Of a stretch of DNA of 64,000 nt, positions 36,063-42,866 are shown one piece after another. Source of the stretch: an uncultured Eubacteriales bacterium (GTDB lineage Bacteria; Bacillota; Clostridia; Lachnospirales; Bianqueaceae). Under the pieces are notes generated by a model. It was not told the origin of the DNA and searched no databases. It saw only the letters and a list, made by a program, of their open reading frames with translations. The stretch lies in NCBI GenBank assembly GCA_902783575.1, contig CACZRP010000047.1:40783-104782 (forward strand), written 5' to 3'. Made by a program: the position numbers and the translations under genes. Every line of letters starts with the position of its first letter. Position 1 is the stretch's first letter.

Positions 36063-37172
36063 TTAATTTGATTCTGAATTTTTTTGGTCCTTATTCGGCG
36101 AATCCGGTCCCGGTTCAGAAGCTGGATCTTCCTCCCGCAGACGGATAAAGGAGGCCGCTTTTCTCCGGCGGTCATCTTCCATCTGGGCGTAATGCCGTCT
36201 CGTGGTGTTGACGTCCTTATGTCCCAGGACATCCGCCACCAGATAGATATCTCCGGATTCCCGGTAGAGGGCCGTGCCATAGGAACTGCGAAGCTTGTGG
36301 GGTGAAATATGCTTCAGATTAATGACGGATTCGGAATACTTCTTGACCAGGTTCTCCACGGACCGTACCGTGAGACGCTTTTTCTGCATGGAGAGGAAGA
36401 GAGCGTCCTCGTGACCGGAAACGGGGATGATCTTTTCCCGGTCCTTTAAATAGTTGATCAGGGCCTGACGGACCTCATCACCGAAATAGACTACGGATTC
36501 GTTGCCGCCTTTGCGGACAATGCGGATGCCGTTATTGTTGAAATCCACATCCCGGATATCCAGACCGACACACTCGGAAACACGGATGCCTGTGCCTAAA
36601 AGAAGGGTCATCAGGGCCACATCCCGGGTCTTATTGGCTTTATGAAAGGCCTGCTGCTGTTTGGTCAGCTTATCACCGGATTCCACCTCATCCAGAAAAC
36701 GGGCAATTTCATCCACATCCAATTTTACAATGGCTTTTTCATGGATTTTGGGGGTGGTGACCAGCTCAGCGGGGTTGGCGGGAATCATTTCCCGGCGGTA
36801 CAGGTATTTATAGAGGCTGCGTACAGCGGCTATTTTTCTGGCTTTTCCTTTTTCGCCATTGGAAAGCTCTCCATGGGTCTGGGCACCCACATAGTAGGAA
36901 ACATAATCGAGAAATTCTTCCAGATCCCGGGGTCCCATGGCGGAAAGATCCTGCAGGGATATGTCTTTCATTTGCTTTCCGTTAAGCTCCGGCCGGGTTT
37001 CCAGCATAAAATTGAAGAAAACCCGCAGATCTCTGGCATAGCCCAGCCTGGTTCTTTCAGCCGTGGTGGGTTCAATTCCGCGGAAATAGTCTCTGCAATA
37101 GGAAGGCATGTCCACCAAAAGTTCTCTTAAACGCAAGGTATTGCGTTTCTTTTCTTCCTCGTGATAACTCAT
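36063..37172 (-). CDS. Site-specific tyrosine recombinase (XerC/XerD family) with a charged C-terminal tail
   Basis: 369 aa; catalytic pattern TGIRVSE (Arg), HKLRSS (H-x-x-R), GHKDVNTTRRHY (His/Tyr); ATGA overlap with the upstream ttcA-like gene. Confidence 0.85.
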   Translation of the reverse strand: MSYHEEEKKRNTLRLRELLVDMPSYCRDYFRGIEPTTAERTRLGYARDLRVFFNFMLETRPELNGKQMKDISLQDLSAMGPRDLEEFLDYVSYYVGAQTHGELSNGEKGKARKIAAVRSLYKYLYRREMIPANPAELVTTPKIHEKAIVKLDVDEIARFLDEVESGDKLTKQQQAFHKANKTRDVALMTLLLGTGIRVSECVGLDIRDVDFNNNGIRIVRKGGNESVVYFGDEVRQALINYLKDREKIIPVSGHEDALFLSMQKKRLTVRSVENLVKKYSESVINLKHISPHKLRSSYGTALYRESGDIYLVADVLGHKDVNTTRRHYAQMEDDRRRKAASFIRLREEDPASEPGPDSPNKDQKNSESN

Positions 37173-37936
37173 GATTCCTTTTGATCCTTTGATTTGCTTT
37201 TCGGCTGTCTGTTGGGAACAAAATCCGTATGCCAGCCCGGCATCTCAGAATTCTGAATGGCGTTGAAAATGCGTTCCGGGATATGATGATCCTCGTGTCT
37301 CAGGGTTTTCAGGAGTTCTTCCATGTCGTGACGCTTGGTAATTCCGTCCACAGGACAGTTATTTTTCAATACCGGAAGCTGTTCCTTATTGGTATAATAG
37401 ACAATTTCATTCTCCGGGACATAAATCAGGGGCCGGATCACGGTTAAGGAGCTTCTGGACAGCTCTGTGACCGGCTGGAAGGTGTTCAGACGGCCTTCAT
37501 ACAGCAGGCTCAGCAAAAAGGTATTGATGACATCCTCCTTGTGATGTCCCAGGGCCACCTTATTGAATCCGTCCAGGGCCAGCTGGTTGTGCAGAGCCCC
37601 TTTCCTAAGAGAGGCGCAGAGGGCACAGGGATGCTGTTCCTTCCGGATATCAAATACAATCTCCTTGATCTGGGTTTCAATGACGGTATATGGAATCTCG
37701 TGCTCCGCGAAAAAATCCTTCAGGGGCTGATAATCCATGCCGAAACCAACGGATACCGTATAAGCGGCCATGGTAAAACGTTCTTTATAAAAACGTTCCA
37801 GACATTTTAATGCAAGGGCCAGTACAAGAGAATCTTTGCCGCCGGAAACAGCCACGGCAACACGGTCGCCGGAACGGATCATGCTGTAATCATCAACAGC
37901 GCGCCGGACATAGCTTAGCAGTCTTTTCGTGTCCAT
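37169..37936 (-). CDS. PP-loop ATPase of the TtcA family (tRNA 2-thiocytidine synthetase-like)
   Basis: 255 aa; PP-loop VAVSGGKDSL, Fe-S cysteines CALCASLRKG and NNCPVDG, GHHKEDVINTFLLSLLYEG. Confidence 0.8.
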   Translation of the reverse strand: MDTKRLLSYVRRAVDDYSMIRSGDRVAVAVSGGKDSLVLALALKCLERFYKERFTMAAYTVSVGFGMDYQPLKDFFAEHEIPYTVIETQIKEIVFDIRKEQHPCALCASLRKGALHNQLALDGFNKVALGHHKEDVINTFLLSLLYEGRLNTFQPVTELSRSSLTVIRPLIYVPENEIVYYTNKEQLPVLKNNCPVDGITKRHDMEELLKTLRHEDHHIPERIFNAIQNSEMPGWHTDFVPNRQPKSKSKDQKES

Positions 37937-38022
37937 ATATGCATATCTTTTCGTTAAACTTGCGTTTTGCGAATAGTTTGATATCTCTCAGTGAAGTGCT
38001 CTGCCGATACCAAACCGCCGCA

Positions 38023-38418
38023 TCAGTCGGACGATCCGCTCAGCTGAGCCGGACTGATCTGTATTCCGTCGGACCAGATTCTTTCCAGATTGTAGAAAAC
38101 TCTGGCGTCCTTACTGAATACATGAACAATAATTCTTCCAAAATCAATCAGCACCCAGGAACCTTCCTGATATCCTTCCACATTGGATGAATCGCATCCC
38201 AGTGCGGCTAAACGGTCCTGTACCTCATCAATCAGCGCGTGAACATGATTGGGATTGTTTCCATGGGCAATCAGGAAATAATCGGCAAGGATGGAAATAT
38301 TATGGATATCCAGTACTTTGATATCCTGACCCTGCTTGTCATCCAGCGCGTCATAGGCAGCCTTCGCCAGCTTGCGGGATAATTCCATATCCAGTTCCAT
38401 ATCAGTTTTGTTACTCAT
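38023..38418 (-). CDS. rsfS: Ribosome silencing factor RsfS
   Basis: 131 aa; DYFLIAHGNNPNHVHAL, GYQEGSWVLIDFGRIIVHVF. Confidence 0.9.
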   Translation of the reverse strand: MSNKTDMELDMELSRKLAKAAYDALDDKQGQDIKVLDIHNISILADYFLIAHGNNPNHVHALIDEVQDRLAALGCDSSNVEGYQEGSWVLIDFGRIIVHVFSKDARVFYNLERIWSDGIQISPAQLSGSSD

Positions 38419-38450
38419 ACAGGAGAATCCTTTCTTACAGACTTGCGCTG

Positions 38451-39062
38451 CTATTTCTTCTTAGTATTTGTTGATTCCTCAACAATTTTATAGTACTTCA
38501 TCGCTTTCGCGGTCAAGGGATACAGCTTTTTCCCCTTACCGTTAATATAGGCTGTTGTATGTCTCAGTATATAACACAGTCCATCATCCAGATTGGAAAA
38601 AACCTGTTTTCTGGCCTCATCCAGCCCTTCAAAGGGCTCCCGGTTTGGCTCGATAAAATCGGCACAATAGATGATTTTCTCCAGATCGCTCATGCCCGGA
38701 CGTCCCGTAGTATGGTACCGGATGGCCTCAAACACATCCAGGGGAAGGTCCGGATAGCGCTTTCTGGCCTCCTCTGCTCCGGCAAAGGCATGGAGAATAC
38801 TGGCATAATCCATGGTCAGGCTGAATTTCTTCGGATAAGCCTTCTTGCAGATGGCAAACTGTTCATCCAGATCAAGATTCTTGGCGTTATCATGAAGCAA
38901 GGCAGCCAGCGACGCCAGATTGGGATCCTGACCGAATTTCCTGGCCAGAGTGACAGCTGTCTGTTCCACGCCCAGAGTATGGGTGTAGCGGCTATTTTTC
39001 AGCCGAAGACTGATCCAGTCGAGAATATCGCTGCGATACCGCAGATAATCCTGGTAATCCAT
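38451..39062 (-). CDS. yqeK: HD-domain phosphohydrolase YqeK (bis(5'-nucleosyl)-tetraphosphatase family)
   Basis: 203 aa; RYTHTLGVEQTA, LLHDNAK, HTTGRPGMS. Confidence 0.85.
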   Translation of the reverse strand: MDYQDYLRYRSDILDWISLRLKNSRYTHTLGVEQTAVTLARKFGQDPNLASLAALLHDNAKNLDLDEQFAICKKAYPKKFSLTMDYASILHAFAGAEEARKRYPDLPLDVFEAIRYHTTGRPGMSDLEKIIYCADFIEPNREPFEGLDEARKQVFSNLDDGLCYILRHTTAYINGKGKKLYPLTAKAMKYYKIVEESTNTKKK

Positions 39063-39071
39063 AATGGCCGG

Positions 39072-39362
39072 TTATCTGGGAAGTTCGATGACAGGCTCTT
39101 CCGCGCGGCGGTACAGGACAAAACGCCGTCCGATGACCATGACAACTTCACTGTGAGTCCTGGAGCTGAGCTTCTCAGCGCAGTCTCCCAGCTCTTCCTC
39201 GCAGTTTTTCAGTACGTTGACCTTAATGAGCTCCCTGGCCTCCAGCGCGGCGGAAACCGCGTCCACCAGCTCCGGCGTTACGCCGGCTTTACCAATCTGG
39301 AAAATCGGATCCAGAGAGTTGGCCAGTTTTCTGAGAAAAGCTCTTTGCTTGGGTTTTAACAT
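39072..39362 (-). CDS. yhbY: Ribosome assembly RNA-binding protein YhbY (CRM domain)
   Basis: 96 aa; LKPKQRAFLRKLANSLDPIFQIGKAGVT, ELIKVNVL. Confidence 0.88.
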   Translation of the reverse strand: MLKPKQRAFLRKLANSLDPIFQIGKAGVTPELVDAVSAALEARELIKVNVLKNCEEELGDCAEKLSSRTHSEVVMVIGRRFVLYRRAEEPVIELPR

Positions 39363-39380
39363 CTTATATTCCTCTGCAAC

Positions 39381-40664
39381 TTATTCATAAAAATCAAACG
39401 CAATACCGCCTACCCAGATGGTATCGCCCTCTTCTACGCCTTTTTCCTCCAGGGCATCGATAATGCCGCGTTCTCTCAGGAATTTCTGGAAGAAATCAAA
39501 GCCTTTTTCGGATTCCAGATGGGTATAGCCCAGCATCTTGTCGATTACCGGTCCCACCAGCTCATATTCATGGGCATCGGTCTTGTGGATCTCGTATCCG
39601 GGACCATTGTTTTCGTCCATCTGATCGACGTAGAATTCTCTGTCAAAGACAACGGGAGCTGTATCTGCCTGGGAATCGCGGATTCTGACCACTTCATCCA
39701 GAAGCTCCTTGAGTCCTTTTCCCGTATAGGCGGATATGGGAAAGATTTTAACTCCGTGCTCTTTTCCGTATTCCTCCAGCTCTTCCATGAACAGCTCGCT
39801 GTCAGGAAGATCAATCTTGTTGGCTCCGATCACCTGAGGAAGCGCTGCCAGCTCGTCGCTGTACAGTGCCAGCTCCCTGTTGATATTTTCGATATCTTCC
39901 ACGGGATCCCGTCCGTCAACGCCGGCCGCGTCCACCAGATGAATCAGCACTCTGGTTCTCTCGAGATGCCTCAGAAACTCGTGTCCCAGACCGACGCCAT
40001 CCGCAGCGCCGTCGATGAGGCCGGGAATATCGGCAATGACCAGCGTTTTTCCGTAGTTCAGCTGGACAACACCCAGCTGAGGCGTCAGCGTGGTGAAGGG
40101 ATAATCGGCAATCTTGGGCTTGGCATTGGAAACATGAGAAAGGAAGGTGGATTTTCCGGCGTTGGGATAGCCCAGCAGACCCACATCCGCCAGCACCTTC
40201 AGCTCAAGAATCAGCTCCAGGGTCTTCCCTTCCTGTCCCGGCTGCGCATATTGAGGGATCTGCATGGTGGGTGTGGCAAAATGCTGATTGCCCTTGCCGC
40301 CCTTGCCGCCCTTCAGCAGGACCTCCCGCTGTCCATCCTTAGCCATGTCCACAATCACAAGGCCGCTCTGGGCTTCCTTGATCACGGTGCCCACGGGAAC
40401 GGGAATGATCAGATCCTCACCCTTCTTTCCAAAGCTGCGGTTGCCGCTGCCATCGCTGCCGTTCTCGGCCTTGAAAATACGGTGGAAGCGGAATTCCGCC
40501 AGGGTATTTGTATCGGAAACGGCTTCAAATATGATATCTCCGCCCTTACCGCCGTCACCGCCATCGGGCCCGCCGGCAGCGACAAATTTTTCTCTTCGGA
40601 AGGAGGCGCAGCCGTTGCCGCCCTTTCCGGAAGATACCGTGATTTTTGCTTCATCGATAAACAT
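39381..40664 (-). CDS. obg: GTPase Obg/CgtA
   Basis: 427 aa; MFIDEAKI..GKGGNGCASFRREKF, G1 GYPNAGKST, DIPGLIDGA, NKIDL, C-terminal OCT domain. Confidence 0.95.
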   Translation of the reverse strand: MFIDEAKITVSSGKGGNGCASFRREKFVAAGGPDGGDGGKGGDIIFEAVSDTNTLAEFRFHRIFKAENGSDGSGNRSFGKKGEDLIIPVPVGTVIKEAQSGLVIVDMAKDGQREVLLKGGKGGKGNQHFATPTMQIPQYAQPGQEGKTLELILELKVLADVGLLGYPNAGKSTFLSHVSNAKPKIADYPFTTLTPQLGVVQLNYGKTLVIADIPGLIDGAADGVGLGHEFLRHLERTRVLIHLVDAAGVDGRDPVEDIENINRELALYSDELAALPQVIGANKIDLPDSELFMEELEEYGKEHGVKIFPISAYTGKGLKELLDEVVRIRDSQADTAPVVFDREFYVDQMDENNGPGYEIHKTDAHEYELVGPVIDKMLGYTHLESEKGFDFFQKFLRERGIIDALEEKGVEEGDTIWVGGIAFDFYE

Positions 40665-40695
40665 ATATGATTCCTTCCGTCATGTGCGAAAATTT

Positions 40696-40733
40696 AGAAA
40701 AAAACAGGCTTCAAAACCTGGTTTGAAGCCTGT
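40696..40733 (-). terminator. Strong intrinsic terminator between rpmA and obg
   Basis: Perfect 12-bp stem ACAGGCTTCAAA / TTTGAAGCCTGT (40704-40715 / 40722-40733), 6-nt loop; on the minus strand it is followed by TTTTTTT; about 30 nt before the obg ATG. Confidence 0.75.
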
Positions 40734-40766
40734 TCGATATCCATATCATACCGAAGAAGGAACCGA

Positions 40767-41054
40767 TCAGGCCTCTTCTACGGGATAAACGGAAACCTGC
40801 TTTTTGTCGCGGCCTTTTCTTTCGAATTTAACGCGTCCGTTTACCAGAGCATACAGGGTATCATCTTTACCGATGCCAACGTTGGTACCGGGATGGATAC
40901 GGGTTCCTCTCTGACGATACAGGATATTTCCAGCCTTCACGACCTGACCATCCGCACGCTTTGCGCCTAAGCGCTTTGCTTCGGAATCACGGCCGTTCTT
41001 GGTGGAACCAACACCCTTCTTATGAGCGAAGAGCTGCAGATTCATCATTAACAT
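40767..41054 (-). CDS. rpmA: 50S ribosomal protein L27 with N-terminal pro-peptide
   Basis: ORF track opens at 41135; ATG at 41054 follows AAGGAGG; [24 protein letters not shown] carries the Firmicute [10 protein letters not shown] Prp cleavage context. Confidence 0.93.
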   Translation of the reverse strand: MLMMNLQLFAHKKGVGSTKNGRDSEAKRLGAKRADGQVVKAGNILYRQRGTRIHPGTNVGIGKDDTLYALVNGRVKFERKGRDKKQVSVYPVEEA

Positions 41055-41067
41055 AGGTGCATCCTCC

Positions 41068-41403
41068 TTAATTCTGATTAATTGACAGTTGCAGATATTC
41101 AGATCCATAAGACTCAATGACAGACTCAAGTCCAAGCTTCAGAGACTGCAGGAAAAGCTCTGCCTTCTCACAGGACTGACCGTTCTGAAGGGAAAGGACC
41201 ATCACCCGAAGGTGACCGTCGCTCGACTCAACCTCCATCGGTTCACCGGTCAGGGCTTCAATCGAATTGGCTGTATTGGTTGCAAGAGCCGAAACAGCCG
41301 AACAGATAATATCAAAACCATATTCATCGAAGCCGGCATGGCCGTCAATGGAAAACCCGCACAGCTCATGCCGGGAGTTTTCATAAAATCTGGCGCGGAT
41401 CAT
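41068..41403 (-). CDS. prp: Ribosomal-processing cysteine protease Prp (YsxB)
   Basis: 111 aa; between rplU and rpmA; [20 protein letters not shown] (His/Cys dyad region). Confidence 0.88.
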   Translation of the reverse strand: MIRARFYENSRHELCGFSIDGHAGFDEYGFDIICSAVSALATNTANSIEALTGEPMEVESSDGHLRVMVLSLQNGQSCEKAELFLQSLKLGLESVIESYGSEYLQLSINQN

Positions 41404-41414
41404 ATTACCGGCGA

Positions 41415-41726
41415 TCAGGCCTTGATCGAATCGATCTTAAGCTTGGTAAAATACTGTCTGTGTCCGTTTTTCTTGTGATAGGTCTTTTTGGGTTTGTACT
41501 TGTAAACAACTACCTTGGGACCGCGGCCTTCTTCCAGTACGGTAGCCTCAACACAGGCACCATCAACTACGGGATTGCCAGCCTTGACACCAGCCTCACC
41601 AGACACCATCAGAACCTTGTCGAGGGTAACCTTTTCACCTTCGATGAGTCCTAATTTTTCTACGGAGATGATATCTCCTTCTTGTACCCGGTACTGTTTA
41701 CCACCAGTTTCGATAACAGCGTACAT
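41415..41726 (-). CDS. rplU: 50S ribosomal protein L21
   Basis: 103 aa; [18 protein letters not shown]..., [10 protein letters not shown]. Confidence 0.95.
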   Translation of the reverse strand: MYAVIETGGKQYRVQEGDIISVEKLGLIEGEKVTLDKVLMVSGEAGVKAGNPVVDGACVEATVLEEGRGPKVVVYKYKPKKTYHKKNGHRQYFTKLKIDSIKA

Positions 41727-41812
41727 CCGAGCACCTCCTTTTCTTAAAAACTCGCCAATTACGGTATCTTTGAAAACAAAGAATTTAAACCTCGTTGAGC
41801 GGCAACTGAGAT

Positions 41813-41841
41813 ATTATAACACATTAATATATAGCAGTCAA
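41813..41841 (-). promoter_or_regulatory. Candidate sigma-A promoter of the rplU operon (about 80-nt 5' UTR)
   Basis: Minus strand TTGACT (41841-41836), 17-nt spacer, TATAAT (41818-41813). Confidence 0.65.
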
Positions 41842-41845
41842 GAAG

Positions 41846-41958
41846 CAAAAAAAGAAGACTTCGGCTGAAAACGGGGATTCAATTGCCGAAGTCAAAAAGG
41901 TTATCGAACAAGCTTCACCCGAAGGTTAGACTTGGAAATGTGTTCGTTGTTTGGACAT
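41846..41958 (-). ncRNA. Candidate small RNA / orphan transcription unit (about 110 nt), unassigned
   Basis: Bounded by a consensus promoter (41965-41993) and an intrinsic terminator: 9-bp stem GACTTCGGC / GCCGAAGTC at 41857-41865 / 41885-41893, then UUCUUUUUUU on the minus strand. No minus-strand CDS upstream. Prediction only. Confidence 0.35.
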
Positions 41959-41964
41959 GTTCGT

Positions 41965-41993
41965 ATTATAAACAAACGAACATAAAATGTCAA
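41965..41993 (-). promoter_or_regulatory. Consensus sigma-A promoter of the orphan unit
   Basis: Minus strand TTGACA (41993-41988), 17-nt spacer, TATAAT (41970-41965); the -10 is bracketed by a perfect inverted repeat ATGTTCGT / ACGAACAT (41956-41963 / 41975-41982). Confidence 0.55.
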
Positions 41994-42027
41994 GAGAAAT
42001 ATCGAACGAAATCGAAAAGAATATTTT

Positions 42028-42067
42028 CGAACAGCCGTTTGACAATCGAAAAGACAGATGATATAAT
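42028..42067 (+). promoter_or_regulatory. lexA promoter with an overlapping LexA (SOS/Cheo-type) box
   Basis: CGAACAGCCGTTTG (42028-42041) fits CGAAC-N4-GTTYG and overlaps the -35 TTGACA (42039-44); 17-nt spacer; TATAAT (42062-67); 47 nt before the lexA ATG. Confidence 0.6.
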
Positions 42068-42114
42068 ATCGTTCGAATCTTATTTATCAATTCCCAGAAG
42101 GAGGACGAACAGAT

Positions 42115-42786
42115 ATGAGCCTGACTGCGAAACAGCTTGAGATTCTTTCGTATTTATCGGCTTTCCAGGAGGATCATGGATATGCGCCTTCTGTTCGTGA
42201 GATTTGCGAGGGCGTTCACTTAAGCTCCACTTCTTCTGTTCACGGTCATCTTTCGAAGCTGGAGGAAAAGGGTTACATCAAACGGGACGCCTCGAAATCC
42301 CGTTCAATCGAAATTCTGATTCGTCCCGAACAAACCACTCCGGAATCAGCCCCTCTGTTCGCAAAAACCGAACGAACGAACATTATCCCCTCCTCCAGGC
42401 GAACACCGGAGCTGGCGGCAGTTCCCATTCTTTCCAAGGTCCGGGCCGGCGAACCGATTCTGGCGGCAGACAATATTGAAAGCTACTACCCTGTTCCCTC
42501 TGAATATACCCGCGGTGCTGACTGCTTTATGATCCGGGTCCAGGGAGAAAGCATGATTGAGGCAGGTATTTTTGAAAATGATCTGATCCTCGTTAAATCG
42601 CAGCGGACAGCAAACAACCGCGATATTGTTGTGGCCCTGCTGGGAGACAGTGTCACAGTCAAGACCTTTTACCGCGAGAAAAACTATATCCGACTTCAGC
42701 CTGAGAACCGCCGCATGGACCCGATTCTGATTAAAGACTGCCAGATCCTGGGCAAGGTCATCGGCCTGTTCCGTATTTTCCCCTGA
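42115..42786 (+). CDS. lexA: LexA repressor
   Basis: 223 aa; winged HTH LTAKQLEILSYL..GYAPSVREI, cleavage site VRAGEPILA (Ala-Gly), GESM (Ser) and VTVK (Lys) of the S24 peptidase domain; longer than usual linker. Confidence 0.93.
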   Translation: MSLTAKQLEILSYLSAFQEDHGYAPSVREICEGVHLSSTSSVHGHLSKLEEKGYIKRDASKSRSIEILIRPEQTTPESAPLFAKTERTNIIPSSRRTPELAAVPILSKVRAGEPILAADNIESYYPVPSEYTRGADCFMIRVQGESMIEAGIFENDLILVKSQRTANNRDIVVALLGDSVTVKTFYREKNYIRLQPENRRMDPILIKDCQILGKVIGLFRIFP

Positions 42787-42813
42787 GACTCTCCTCTGCT
42801 CCAACAAATAACA

Positions 42814-42857
42814 TAAAAAAACAGCTTTGATTCTTTTCGGGATCAAAGCTGTTTTTC
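42814..42857. terminator. Bidirectional intrinsic terminator between the convergent lexA and prs genes
   Basis: Perfect 12-bp stem AACAGCTTTGAT / ATCAAAGCTGTT (42820-42831 / 42842-42853), A run before, T run after. Confidence 0.75.
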
Positions 42858-42866
42858 AATTGCTGA

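Noticed and set aside
36063-37172. Tyrosine recombinase as a marker of a prophage, ICE or integron.
   Set aside because: There are no phage, conjugation or cassette genes and no attachment-site-like direct repeats, and the tRNA gene is not adjacent. The recombinase is embedded in a housekeeping operon, so I did not call a mobile element; see the findings for the residual oddity.
41941-41982. GTTCG...CGAAC pairs read as canonical LexA boxes.
   Set aside because: The orientation is inverted (GTTCG-N13-CGAAC) relative to the CGAAC-N4-GTTCG operator. Only 42028-42041 fits the consensus.
41883-42140. 85-aa Lys/Arg-rich ORF (TTG start) spanning the rplU-lexA intergenic region into lexA.
   Set aside because: It runs through two promoters, a terminator hairpin and the lexA RBS and start. 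It has no RBS and a composition typical of translated AT-rich spacer.
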